The notes under the pieces are model-generated. The model saw only the letters and a program-made list of their open reading frames with translations, made no database searches and was not told where the DNA came from. From a virus, in IMG/VR virus record IMGVR_UViG_3300046787_000438, positions 64,001 through 128,000 of that record: DNA of 64,000 bases; one strand, 5' to 3'. This document shows, one piece after another, positions 40,656-50,688 of this stretch (positions are counted from its first letter, which is position 1; the number at the start of each line of letters is the position of its first letter). The translations under genes and the position numbers were made by a program.

Positions 40656-41327
40656 ATGAAACAGCTAACCCTCGAAGACATTCAGGGCCTAGGTTTTGAC
40701 GTCGAGGAAATCCTGCCGCGGGTTTTCAAGATACGTAACTTTTTATCAATCGAAGAGACTGCAGCTGTTCTAGCTGAAGCTCGAAGCTACACTGAAGAAG
40801 ACTGGCGATTCAGGTACATGTCTGAGATGCGTCGAAGCTGTCTTGAAAAGTTTGGCCGCGATGACATCGAAGCTTTGGTTGAAGAGGGCCTGCTTGAGGT
40901 AACCTGGAATTTTGCAGACAAGAACTGCGGGTACCACAACGAAGAGTTCGCTGAAACTTTGCGCTTGCGTGCGCAGCAGATGTTTGATATAGTTGGCGGG
41001 ATACAGCTGAATGGGTTCCTTGTTGTGCACAGACTCTATGAAGGATCTGACCTCAAGTCTCACTACGACCAGTACTCTGACAAGCTGATTGAATATGCTG
41101 CAGTACTTTACATCAACGATGACTACACTGATGGTGAGCTCTTCTTCCCAAAGTTTGATTTCAAATTGCGGCCAGAGCCTGGTACATTGATGGTCTTCCC
41201 TGGAACTGAGGAGTATGAACATGGCGTTCATCCAGTGGGACCAGGACCAGTACGTTATAACTTGCCAACGTTCATCAAACGTCAACACCCAGATGGTGAC
41301 ATGGCAGGGTGGGCAAGCTTCGGCTAG
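40656..41327 (+). CDS. 2OG-Fe(II) oxygenase
   Basis: HYD, YINDDYTDGELFF, HGVHPV..G.VRY. Confidence 0.85.
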   Translation: MKQLTLEDIQGLGFDVEEILPRVFKIRNFLSIEETAAVLAEARSYTEEDWRFRYMSEMRRSCLEKFGRDDIEALVEEGLLEVTWNFADKNCGYHNEEFAETLRLRAQQMFDIVGGIQLNGFLVVHRLYEGSDLKSHYDQYSDKLIEYAAVLYINDDYTDGELFFPKFDFKLRPEPGTLMVFPGTEEYEHGVHPVGPGPVRYNLPTFIKRQHPDGDMAGWASFG

Positions 41328-41357
41328 CAGCAGCAATGCATGCGATAGGATGAACTT

Positions 41358-42209
41358 ATGAGATTCCGTAAACGCCAAGATCCTGCTGCAGCAGCTGAAC
41401 TTTTCATCAGCAAAGCTCAGCAATACCTGGGCTACACAGCTGAGATGCTTGGCCGTAACATGTTCGGCCAGAAGGTTGGCTATGACTCAACCCCATGGAG
41501 CGGCGCGTTTATTGACGTAGTCGCCCGTGAGGCAGGCCTCCACCTACCAAGCTTTGTCTACACTCCTGCCGCGCTCGCAGAATTCATTCGCCAGGGAAAC
41601 TTTTCACGGGTACCGCAGCTTGGCAGCGTAGCGATCTATAACTTTTCATCAGAAGTTGGAGCTGCGGCGAGCGCCTTCTCAATGCCCCATTGCGGAATCG
41701 TGACCGACGTCCGCGAGTTCGAGACCACGGGACGGTTTATAACCGTTGAGGGAAACACCGAAGGTTCAACAACTCATACCAAGAAGGATGGCGTGCATCA
41801 ACGGATCCGCACAATTAACGATGTAGTTATTTTTTGTCAGCTGCCTGCAGCACGGATCTCAACTTTTAACGGAAGATTGATTAAGCTCCTGGATCGCGGC
41901 CGCACAACTTTTAACGGCGAGGATCTTAAAGCTATAGACGACGCGGCCCGCATTCCTTCAATACTTCGCATCAACAACGAGATCAAGCACGGATCACGTA
42001 ACCGCGATATCGAGATCCTGCAGCTAGCGCTTGCAACTGTTACTGACTTACGTGGCTGCGTACCTGGTAAGTGGGACACAATAACCGCGTCTGCTTGCGC
42101 AAGATATCAACGTATGATAGGATTCGTTGGAGCAGATGCAAACGGCCTGCCTAACCTAAACACGCTGAAGCGCTTAGCTAAAGAGACGGGACTCTTCACA
42201 ATTGCCTAA
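41358..42209 (+). CDS. CHAP-domain protein with peptidoglycan-binding C-terminus
   Basis: PWSGAF, HCGIV, TVEGNT; LQLAL...G.WD..T. Confidence 0.7.
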   Translation: MRFRKRQDPAAAAELFISKAQQYLGYTAEMLGRNMFGQKVGYDSTPWSGAFIDVVAREAGLHLPSFVYTPAALAEFIRQGNFSRVPQLGSVAIYNFSSEVGAAASAFSMPHCGIVTDVREFETTGRFITVEGNTEGSTTHTKKDGVHQRIRTINDVVIFCQLPAARISTFNGRLIKLLDRGRTTFNGEDLKAIDDAARIPSILRINNEIKHGSRNRDIEILQLALATVTDLRGCVPGKWDTITASACARYQRMIGFVGADANGLPNLNTLKRLAKETGLFTIA

Positions 42210-42849
42210 AGAATTTAATCTGGATGACTACCAGTACTCTGAAGAGCACATAACTTTTGATGAGTTCCTCAGGTACCAGCCGCTGAAGAACGATCTAGAT
42301 CCAGCTGCATCTTTTGACGGAGCATTGTTTCGTCATGAAGGAGATCAGTGGGTCCACATTGCGAAACTATCTGCTGCCAATATCTGGACACTTTTCACGG
42401 ACCGAGACGGCTCGCTGCGCATTCGAAACGGATACCAGGTAGACGGACGGCTCGGGTACTTCCACTGTGCTCAGATGCACAACGCTCACAGGACCATCAT
42501 TGTTGACGGCCTGGATCTGAACAACTTTTAACGGAGAGTTTGATGAAGCTATTCACCTTCAGCATTATGCATCCTGCAGCAGAAGACGGACCGCTCACTG
42601 CGATCGTCCCAGCGGCTAGCGAAAGCGCGGCGAGGAAACTCCTAGCAACCGAGTTCTTCTTCAACCAAGACTTGGTCAACGGATACATGTTCGACGTCAA
42701 GCTGGTCCGATCAGCTGAGCTGCCACTTTCCATGAAAAGATTGAATGTCATCACAGTGCAGCTGCCTGACGGACGGATGATGGAGAAAGCTTTCTAACTG
42801 CGGCGAGCGCTGATTTGCATCGACGGCCTGCTGTAGGTAAACTAGCGGC

Positions 42850-43281
42850 ATGCCCACACTAGTCACGCAAGATGAAGCAGCACGGATCCTCCACGTCTCA
42901 CGGGGAATGATTCAGTACTGGGTCCGCAAGGGAGCTACGCGGTACCCTAAACCGAGAAAGCCTGGAGCACGCTATGCCCCGTCGACTCGCGAGAGACTTG
43001 GACCGACATGTAACCGCAACTACCTCCTGGACCTGGAAGAGCTGCAGCTCAAACTTTTCACGAATGCTGTAAAGAATCTGGAGCAGCAGAATCCTGAGGC
43101 CCATCTCATGACCGTTCGCGAGGCAGCCAAGCGAACTAATAGAAAACACGAGACCATTGCCACGTACGTAAAGAAATTCCAACTGAAGAAGTATTTCCTT
43201 CACGAAGGCACCTCCCACTACTTGATAGATGGCGAGGAACTGGCGGACGCAATGGAATCCAGGGGCCTAGCGCTTACTTGA
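42850..43281 (+). CDS. Double HTH (excisionase/MerR-like) protein
   Basis: VTQDEAARILHVS...W and MTVREAAKR. Confidence 0.65.
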   Translation: MPTLVTQDEAARILHVSRGMIQYWVRKGATRYPKPRKPGARYAPSTRERLGPTCNRNYLLDLEELQLKLFTNAVKNLEQQNPEAHLMTVREAAKRTNRKHETIATYVKKFQLKKYFLHEGTSHYLIDGEELADAMESRGLALT

Positions 43282-43312
43282 CTTATTAGCGCTGCAGTGG
43301 TACATTTGACCC

Positions 43313-43609
43313 ATGACTACTAAATGTGATTGCAACAAAGTGAATGCCATGGCGTTCAGGTGCTGGGACTGCAACATGTGTACTCTCTGTAACGATGAGT
43401 ACTACATGGTTGATGATGGCGTATGGGAAGTTGCCACTGAAGACTTCGGGGGCCATGGCATGTTATGCATTGGCTGCCTTGAGGCACGCCTTGGTGGAAA
43501 GCTTGTAGCTAGCGACTTCCCTGATTACCCAATCAATATGGGCGTCTTCCCGCAATCAACACGCCTACGAAATCGTTTGACAAATAGCGCAGATGCTGCT
43601 AACTTTTAA
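43313..43609 (+). CDS. Cys-rich phage protein
   Basis: C.DC, EYYMV...VW, LCIGCLE.RLG. Confidence 0.6.
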   Translation: MTTKCDCNKVNAMAFRCWDCNMCTLCNDEYYMVDDGVWEVATEDFGGHGMLCIGCLEARLGGKLVASDFPDYPINMGVFPQSTRLRNRLTNSADAANF

Positions 43610-43796
43610 TTACACATAGAAAGGGGTTCCAAATGTATGGTTTGGACTTGACAGACCCAATGGTTAAGAAGGCTTACCAATTGGGATTTAACGATGGCCT
43701 GACCTGCGCGGTAGATAACGCGAAGGAGTTCGAGTACATCGACGAAGAGCAGGCAGATGACCTGCTTACTGAACTAGTAGAGATTGAGGCCTAGTC

Positions 43797-44279
43797 ATGG
43801 GATTAGATATGTACCTTGAGGCACGCCGCTTTGTTAGCGGGTACGCGCACTCGGATGCAGCAGAGCGACAAATTTACGATACCGTTCTCGATGCAATCGG
43901 CCAGAGCGGTAAGGGTGATGAGCGGTTCGTCTATGTCAACTTCAACGTTGCGTACTGGCGCAAGACCAACCACATTCATAACTGGTTTGTGGCCAACGTT
44001 CAGGGCGGCGAGGATGACTGTAAGTCTTACTACGTCTCTCGCGAGAAGTTGCTGGAACTCGAGCAGTTGTGTAGGGACGTTGCTTCTAACGGAACCGAGG
44101 AGTACGCGCAAGAACATCTACCTACGGGTTCAGGTTTTTTCTTTGGCGGTACAGACTACGACGAGTACTACTTTGAGCAAACCGACTGGACAGCAAAGCG
44201 GCTTGCCGAGATACTGGTAAGCATCCCAGAGAAGCCGAGCCTCACAGGTATCGACTTCTACTATTCAGCAAGTTGGTAG
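43797..44279 (+). CDS. Phage protein (MGLDMYL...YWRK.N.IH.WF type)
   Basis: Recognisable phage motif, GFFFG, YY.SW end. Confidence 0.7.
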   Translation: MGLDMYLEARRFVSGYAHSDAAERQIYDTVLDAIGQSGKGDERFVYVNFNVAYWRKTNHIHNWFVANVQGGEDDCKSYYVSREKLLELEQLCRDVASNGTEEYAQEHLPTGSGFFFGGTDYDEYYFEQTDWTAKRLAEILVSIPEKPSLTGIDFYYSASW

Positions 44280-44740
44280 AAGCGGCATGCGGCGAGCGCG
44301 TTCCAAATCAAGGGCGTGCGCTCGTTGTATGCTACTATCATGCGCTCACTAGAAGTACACCTGTTCGAAACCGACTCTGACCTAGACTCTGCTATCGCTA
44401 GCGGAGCTGTACTACCAGAGCAACTCATCCGAACCGTATGCATCGATTGCCAAGGACCAGTAGGTTTTGCTGGACTGGAGTTCGAACCCTTCGTTGTAGT
44501 CATAGACGAGAATGACCAAGACTGGTTAGCATGCACCGATTGCGCAAAAGCTATCCTCAACTACGTGGACACATTCTTTCCGCCAGTCACAAAAAGTCAC
44601 TTCGCTCATCACCTCACAGATGACGAAGAATTCGACGCCTTCTAACTGTATTTATTTTTTGTCCAACACGCCGTAGTTCGTGTTGCGTAATGTTATACCC
44701 TTTGCTATAGTTGGATTACCAATAGAAAGGGGTTTCCCAA

Positions 44741-45259
44741 ATGGGAATGGATGTTTATGGCAAGAACCCAGTAAATGAAACTGGGCAATACTTCCGCCGA
44801 AATGTGTGGGGCTGGCATCCTCTATGGGGTTATGTGGAAGACACTTACCCAGAGATTGCCGAACTGGTCGAACACGCACACAGCAACGATGGCGATGGCT
44901 TGGGTGCGAGAAATGCTAAGAAGTTAGCGAAACTTTTGATGAGCGATTACGAAACTGGCAAAGCCAAGGAGTATGTCGAGGAACGCAACAAGGCTATTTC
45001 AGAGTTGCCTTTTGATGAGTGCCGTCTATGTGCTGGCACAGGTATTCGCACAGACGAGATTGCGGTAAATGCTGGTATGCCAACTCAAGAGTTGCGACCA
45101 GACATTGCGATTATCGTTGGTCGAACTCACGGAACTTGTAATGCTTGTAGTGGCCTAGGTAAGACAGAGCCTTGGGCAAGCAACTACTACCTAGAGCCAG
45201 ACGACATAAAAGAGTTTGCCGAGTTCCTAGTGAACTCTGGTGGATTTGAGATTTGCTAG
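44741..45259 (+). CDS. Early phage protein with DnaJ-type CxxCxGxG zinc motifs
   Basis: CRLCAGTG ... CNACSGLG; AGAAAGGGG RBS. Confidence 0.65.
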   Translation: MGMDVYGKNPVNETGQYFRRNVWGWHPLWGYVEDTYPEIAELVEHAHSNDGDGLGARNAKKLAKLLMSDYETGKAKEYVEERNKAISELPFDECRLCAGTGIRTDEIAVNAGMPTQELRPDIAIIVGRTHGTCNACSGLGKTEPWASNYYLEPDDIKEFAEFLVNSGGFEIC

Positions 45260-45466
45260 ACCCTGACTAAAAGTCAAACACCTGAGCCAAGTGTCTAAAC
45301 TGGCTCATCTTTTTGATTGGAAGTTGTATTTATTTTTTGTCTACCCCCGAGGGGCGACACGCCGAAAAAGATTTTCATAGATAGATTTGACATTCCGTAA
45401 AAAGTTTGCTTTACTTTACTTACTGACCAAAAGGGCAGACACGACACACGAAAGGGGCTAGTCGAA

Positions 45467-46081
45467 ATGACTACCACAGCAACAGCAACACCAAAGATTG
45501 TAGGCAACGCACTCTACCTAGAGTTGGTTGGCGACACTACTATGCCCGAGGACAAACTACGCCAAATGCTCGGGTGGCAACACAAGGGAACTAAGCAGGT
45601 TCTCATGTTCCCCGAGTATCAGGACGACATGGGCAAGACCCACAGCGCAGTCATTATGACCAGAGTTATCACAGAGAACTCCCCACGCGCTCAATGGGAC
45701 ATGAACTACATGGCTCGCAATCGTCCGAAGCCACAGTTGGCAGATAACGATTCTTACTACGCCAACTACCCAGAATACAGCAACGCCGAGTGGGACGCAC
45801 TAACAAGTCGTGAGCAGTTTGAGGCTCGTAAGCGTGCCATAGCAATCCTGCTCAAGAATGTAGTGCTTGACACTTACTACTCCGAGCCAGACGCAGAGGG
45901 CAATCGCACAACGCTCGCAGGGCAGGGTTGGGTTGTTCGTGAGGGAAAACCAATCGCAGTTGAGATTACTGACCAAGACATGACAGAACTTCACAGCGAC
46001 AGCAAAACTCCACAGGCAGTTATTCGCCGAATCAACAAAGTTCGCACGACACTTGACAAGTTCCCAGCAAAACTTGTATAG
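45467..46081 (+). CDS. Hypothetical early protein
   Basis: GAAAGGGG RBS, 204 aa. Confidence 0.7.
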   Translation: MTTTATATPKIVGNALYLELVGDTTMPEDKLRQMLGWQHKGTKQVLMFPEYQDDMGKTHSAVIMTRVITENSPRAQWDMNYMARNRPKPQLADNDSYYANYPEYSNAEWDALTSREQFEARKRAIAILLKNVVLDTYYSEPDAEGNRTTLAGQGWVVREGKPIAVEITDQDMTELHSDSKTPQAVIRRINKVRTTLDKFPAKLV

Positions 46082-46125
46082 TTTCTAATAGATACACACG
46101 ACACGACACGAAAGGGGCGAAAGCC

Positions 46126-47190
46126 ATGTATCAGCAAAAAGTAGTAGCAGAACACACGAACCCAGACCTAGCAGGATTGGACTTCGACAAACTGGCAGAG
46201 GCGGTTTCTAGCGCAGTATCAAGCAAGGCGTTTGGAATCACAACTTCGGTGATTGACGACTTGCTAACTCCAGCAGGACGAGCAACTATCAGAGTAAAGA
46301 CAGGGGCAAAGCCTACTTCACCTATCTCACTTGATTCTCTTGTAGAATCGAAAGAGGAAAAGGCAGAGGTAAGCATGGAACTTGGTGAAACACTTGAGGG
46401 CGCAGAATCATACGCTCGTCCAAATGGCGACTTGTATTATGGTCGCAAGTGGGGCGAAAATGTAGATGTCGAAGTTCTACGCAAAGCACGAGAAGCAGGT
46501 GCTTATGTCATGTTGTATGGAGTCCCTGGAACTGGTAAGACCGCTATGGTCGAAGCCGCTTTTCCAGATGAACTTTACACAATCTTGGGTTCGGGCGACA
46601 CAGAGGTTTCTGACTTGGTGGGTGGCTATGTCCAGACCCCGAGTGGCGGTTTTGAGTGGGTGGACGGAGTTTTGACTCGTTCGGCACTTGAGGGCAAAGT
46701 TCTACTGATTGACGAGATTGGTCTGATTGACCCAAAGGTTCTTTCGGTGGTCTATGGTCTAATGGACGGCAGACGAGAACTGACCATTAGCGCAAACCCA
46801 GAGCGAGGCACTATCAAAGCACAAGAGGGTTTTTATGTCGTGTCAGCGACTAACCCAAATGTCGCAGGTGTTCGCTTGTCAGAGGCACTTCTATCTCGCT
46901 TCGCCATTCAGGTCGAAATGACAACTGACTGGGCGTTGGCAAAGAAGTTGGGTGTTCCGCAGAGTGCCGTTGTCGCTTCACAGAACTTGGCAAAGAAAAT
47001 GGAGAATGGCGAAACTTCATGGTCGCCACAGTTCCGAGAGTTGCTTGCGTTCAGGGACTTGTCAAAGTTGTTCGGAACGAAGTGGGCGGTTCAGAACTTG
47101 CTCGCTTCTGCCCCAGAGATTGACAGACCAGTTGCGTCAGATGTATTCACCCGAGTATTCGGAGAGGCGATTCTGCCAGCCAAGATTTAG
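46126..47190 (+). CDS. MoxR/CbbQ/CobS-like AAA+ ATPase
   Basis: GVPGTGKT Walker A, DLVG, LLIDE Walker B, ATNP, ALLSRF. Confidence 0.9.
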   Translation: MYQQKVVAEHTNPDLAGLDFDKLAEAVSSAVSSKAFGITTSVIDDLLTPAGRATIRVKTGAKPTSPISLDSLVESKEEKAEVSMELGETLEGAESYARPNGDLYYGRKWGENVDVEVLRKAREAGAYVMLYGVPGTGKTAMVEAAFPDELYTILGSGDTEVSDLVGGYVQTPSGGFEWVDGVLTRSALEGKVLLIDEIGLIDPKVLSVVYGLMDGRRELTISANPERGTIKAQEGFYVVSATNPNVAGVRLSEALLSRFAIQVEMTTDWALAKKLGVPQSAVVASQNLAKKMENGETSWSPQFRELLAFRDLSKLFGTKWAVQNLLASAPEIDRPVASDVFTRVFGEAILPAKI

Positions 47191-47319
47191 TAGGTGGTCG
47201 TGTCCCTACTGAAACCCCGAGAGTAGCGCAAGAAAAATGTTTGCGAAAACACTTGCGCTACTCTCAAAAGGGTGTATAGTTAGACATACAACAACAAAGC
47301 CAGATGAAAGGGAAAGCAA

Positions 47320-49185
47320 ATGGCACACTACAGTTCTAAGGGAAAATCAAGACTTACCAAGCGCACTAGCGCAACTCCGTCAGAGTGGTATCGTGTTTGC
47401 TCACAGATTGGTCGTCTAGTAAACGACTGGTCATGGAGAAGCGACCTTGCCGTTTATGGTGGCGAGGATTCATGCGAGGGTCGTGCGATAGCAGGATACT
47501 ACGCCGAGATTGCCGAGATTGAGATAGATGTTCGCAAGGCGTTTGGAGAGGGCGTTAGCCCAGACTTCGTTGGCGACCTAAACGAAAAGGCAACTCGCTA
47601 CGAGTTCCCAATGGTTTCAGGAATCCTATTCCATGAGGCACTTCACGCTCGCCACACAGGCTGGGACACAGCCTACTTGTCAGAGCAGTTTGAGAACATA
47701 GAAGCACAGGCGTTCATGGCACTTGAGGAATCTCGTATCGAATCTCGTGGCGTGAAAGAGCGACCAGAGAATCGTTTGTTCCTACGCACTTCGGCGTTGG
47801 ACATGGCACTTGAGGGCGTAAACGAATCAGCACTCGCAAAACTTGGTGGCGACAAATGGATTACAGCGAATCTCGCAACTCTATCTATCGCACGAGTGGA
47901 CGCAGGTGTTCTTGAGGTTTCAGACATCAGCGAGATTTACAAAGAGGTTGTCAGCGTTCTTGGTCAAGACTTGTTTGACGAACTACGCAAAGTTTGGATT
48001 GCGTTTCAGGCACTAGGCGTTCCACAGATTGACGAGGCGATTGCGCTCGCTAAGAAGTGGGTCGAACTTTTGCGTGAGGCAGACCCAGAGGGCGAGCCAA
48101 ACAAGGACGAAGTTGGCGACCCATTCGCAGAGGAATCTGGCGAGGGTGAGGGCGAGGGCGAAAGCGAATCTGGCGAGGGCAAGGGCGAAATGTCAGAAGC
48201 CATGAAGCAGTTGGTTTCTAAACTTTCAGATTCAGCGAGCAAGACAGAAGCAAACGCAGAGCAAGCACTTGGCGACCAAGAGCGCAAAGAGAAGTGGGAC
48301 GAGGAATCAAAGGCACGCCAGAGCGAAGCGCAGAAAAACAATCAGCGCAAGCAGGAAGCCAAAAAGATTTTCGACAAGAGCCACAACGAAAGTGGTTCTG
48401 GTTCTAACTCACGAGTAAGCGAACGCCGAGTGCCAACTGGCGCAGAGCGAGCCAGCGCAGTCCAGATTGCTAAGGCGTTGGAAAAGGCGAAGTATCGTGA
48501 GCGTTCTGTCCATGTTCGCAAGCACCAAGCACCACAGGGTCGCTTGATTGCTCGCAACGCAGTCCAGAACAAGGCTATGGAATCTATGGGATTGCGTGGC
48601 GAGTTGCCAGCGTGGAAGTCAAAGACACGCAAGCACACAGACGACCCAACTCTCAAGATTGGTGTCATGGTGGACATCTCTGGTTCTATGGGTTCGGCTA
48701 TGGAATCTATGGGAACTACGGCTTGGGTTCTATCGGAAGCAGGTCGCCGAATCCAAGCGGAAACCGCTATGATTTACTACGGCTCGGGTGTCTTTTCAAC
48801 TCTACGCCGAGGTCAGCGATTGAGCGAGGTTTCTATCTACACCGCACCAGACGGAACGGAAAAGTTTGCCGAGGCGTGGGAAGCACTTGACGGCGAACTC
48901 GGATTGACTTTCACAGACGGCGTGCGTTTGTTGGTAATCGTGTCGGACGGAAACTACACACCGAAGCAGACCGAGAGTGCCAAGCAGATTCTCCAAGAGT
49001 GTAAACGGAACGGCGTGGCAGTCTTGTGGATTACCCCGAAAGATTGCTACTCGCTTGGGGCAAGGCACATCATCAACGGCTCGGGTTGGGGAATCCACTT
49101 GGATAACCTTGACACGAATGAGATTGCTTCACTTGTCGGCAAGACGGCAAGCGAAGCGTTGGGTAAGGTCGGCTCGCTCATGTGA
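47320..49185 (+). CDS. VWA domain protein with N-terminal HExxH and acidic linker (CobT-like AAA+ partner)
   Basis: HEALH, EESRIE, E/G-rich linker, MIDAS DISGSM...T...VSDG. Confidence 0.85.
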   Translation: MAHYSSKGKSRLTKRTSATPSEWYRVCSQIGRLVNDWSWRSDLAVYGGEDSCEGRAIAGYYAEIAEIEIDVRKAFGEGVSPDFVGDLNEKATRYEFPMVSGILFHEALHARHTGWDTAYLSEQFENIEAQAFMALEESRIESRGVKERPENRLFLRTSALDMALEGVNESALAKLGGDKWITANLATLSIARVDAGVLEVSDISEIYKEVVSVLGQDLFDELRKVWIAFQALGVPQIDEAIALAKKWVELLREADPEGEPNKDEVGDPFAEESGEGEGEGESESGEGKGEMSEAMKQLVSKLSDSASKTEANAEQALGDQERKEKWDEESKARQSEAQKNNQRKQEAKKIFDKSHNESGSGSNSRVSERRVPTGAERASAVQIAKALEKAKYRERSVHVRKHQAPQGRLIARNAVQNKAMESMGLRGELPAWKSKTRKHTDDPTLKIGVMVDISGSMGSAMESMGTTAWVLSEAGRRIQAETAMIYYGSGVFSTLRRGQRLSEVSIYTAPDGTEKFAEAWEALDGELGLTFTDGVRLLVIVSDGNYTPKQTESAKQILQECKRNGVAVLWITPKDCYSLGARHIINGSGWGIHLDNLDTNEIASLVGKTASEALGKVGSLM

Positions 49186-49553
49186 GTCCCTTGCCCTAAC
49201 GGAGTGCCTAACCGATTGGATTGAGCATAGTGCCAGACCCCCCTTACTGGTCGCTCTCCTAACGGACGGGACACTAGAAGCCCCTATCAACTCTTTCCCC
49301 CATTGGTTGGTAGGGGTTTCGCCATACCCAAGACGGATAGGTGCTTGCGTGGTATTAGCGTGCTAGGGATTGACGGCTCGTCAGAAGTTCTCGTGAAAAG
49401 CAGGTGACAGACTTTTCTGATTTTCGAGCCAGAGGTTGTATTTATTTTTTGTCGAAAACTTCGTATCTTGATTTGACATGACTAAAAAAGTCAGGTAAGT
49501 TTGGAACTACCAAACAGGGACGAACAAGAAGTAGTCCCAAAGGGGGTGTCAGA

Positions 49554-49892
49554 ATGGCAACAGCCACTAAGACCCAAGACCAGACCCAGACGAAAGTCTT
49601 GGTCAAAGTTTCACGCAAGTTCGTTGCTATGTTGGACGAACTCAAAGATGTTCGTGCTACTTACAATCAGGCAGACAAGCGTATTGCCGAACTGCGTAAG
49701 GACATCTTTGCCGTAGTTGGCGAACAAGCCCAGACTCTAACCCACAATGGGGTTGAGGTCGCCGTAATCGTTGCCCAGACCAAAGAGGTTGTGGACATGG
49801 ACTTGCTGAAAGCCAACTTCCCAGAGGTGTATCAGGCTTGCCTAGTGAGCAAGACCCAATACCCTATTCGTGCGGTATCTCGCTCGAAGTAG
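49554..49892 (+). CDS. Early protein, paralog of 57810..58154
   Basis: TLTHNGVE, DLLKANFPEVYQAC. Confidence 0.7.
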   Translation: MATATKTQDQTQTKVLVKVSRKFVAMLDELKDVRATYNQADKRIAELRKDIFAVVGEQAQTLTHNGVEVAVIVAQTKEVVDMDLLKANFPEVYQACLVSKTQYPIRAVSRSK

Positions 49893-50040
49893 TCGAGAGG
49901 GGCAGGGGGAAATCCTTGCCCCTTTTTTCTGAAGCGAGTATGTATTTATTTTTTGTCTGCGATTCCGACCCGCCGTCAAAAGTTGTGGCGAATGTCGCAA
50001 CGCCGTAGTAAGTTAGAACTATAAGAAAGGGGAGTTCACA

Positions 50041-50376
50041 ATGAGTGAGCCATTAGAACTACAAGACATAGCAGGACTTAGCCTGACGATTATTGGCGTG
50101 TTGATTGAGAGTTATGTGAACGAGGGATACGCCGACCCAACAATGTATAAGGCGTTGTCTGCGACTGCCGAACTAGCAGAGCAGTTTCAGGCACGAGCAA
50201 AGTATGACAACGCACCTAGCGATGTTGTCGAATCTATCGCCGACTTGCTAGTGAATCTCAAACTCACAGCGATTGAGTGCGGAGAAGTTGTAGAGCGAAT
50301 CATCAAAGAGCAGGGAATCGAAGTCAAGGGCGATTGGTCTGCCCACACTTGCGACGACCCAGAACACGACCACTAG
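50041..50376 (+). CDS. Hypothetical early protein
   Basis: AGAAAGGGGAG RBS. Confidence 0.65.
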   Translation: MSEPLELQDIAGLSLTIIGVLIESYVNEGYADPTMYKALSATAELAEQFQARAKYDNAPSDVVESIADLLVNLKLTAIECGEVVERIIKEQGIEVKGDWSAHTCDDPEHDH

Positions 50377-50385
50377 GAGAGAATC

Positions 50386-50688
50386 GTGAATCTAAACTTT
50401 AGAACTGCCCTCGGAGAAATCTTGCGAGAGAAGCGACACGAGTTAGGTCTGAACTTGCGTCAGGTTTCCAGCAAAGGTTTCGTGGCACTCGGATACTTGA
50501 GTGAAGTTGAGCGTGGACAGAAAGACGCTTCATCAGAAACTCTAGAAGCGATTGCTCAAGGCTTGGGCGTAGAAGTTTACGAACTTGTCGTAGAAGCAGG
50601 GTTGCGGATGGCAAATGCCCCAGACAGCCCAGAAAGTCTTTTCACTCGGAACGCCGATTGGTCAAAGCAATACGCCGACCTCTCATAG
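50386..50688 (+). CDS. XRE-family HTH regulator, ClgR-like
   Basis: GEILR..R...G..LR.VS....V.LGYLSEVERGQK.ASSE.L.AI. Confidence 0.85.
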   Translation: MNLNFRTALGEILREKRHELGLNLRQVSSKGFVALGYLSEVERGQKDASSETLEAIAQGLGVEVYELVVEAGLRMANAPDSPESLFTRNADWSKQYADLS

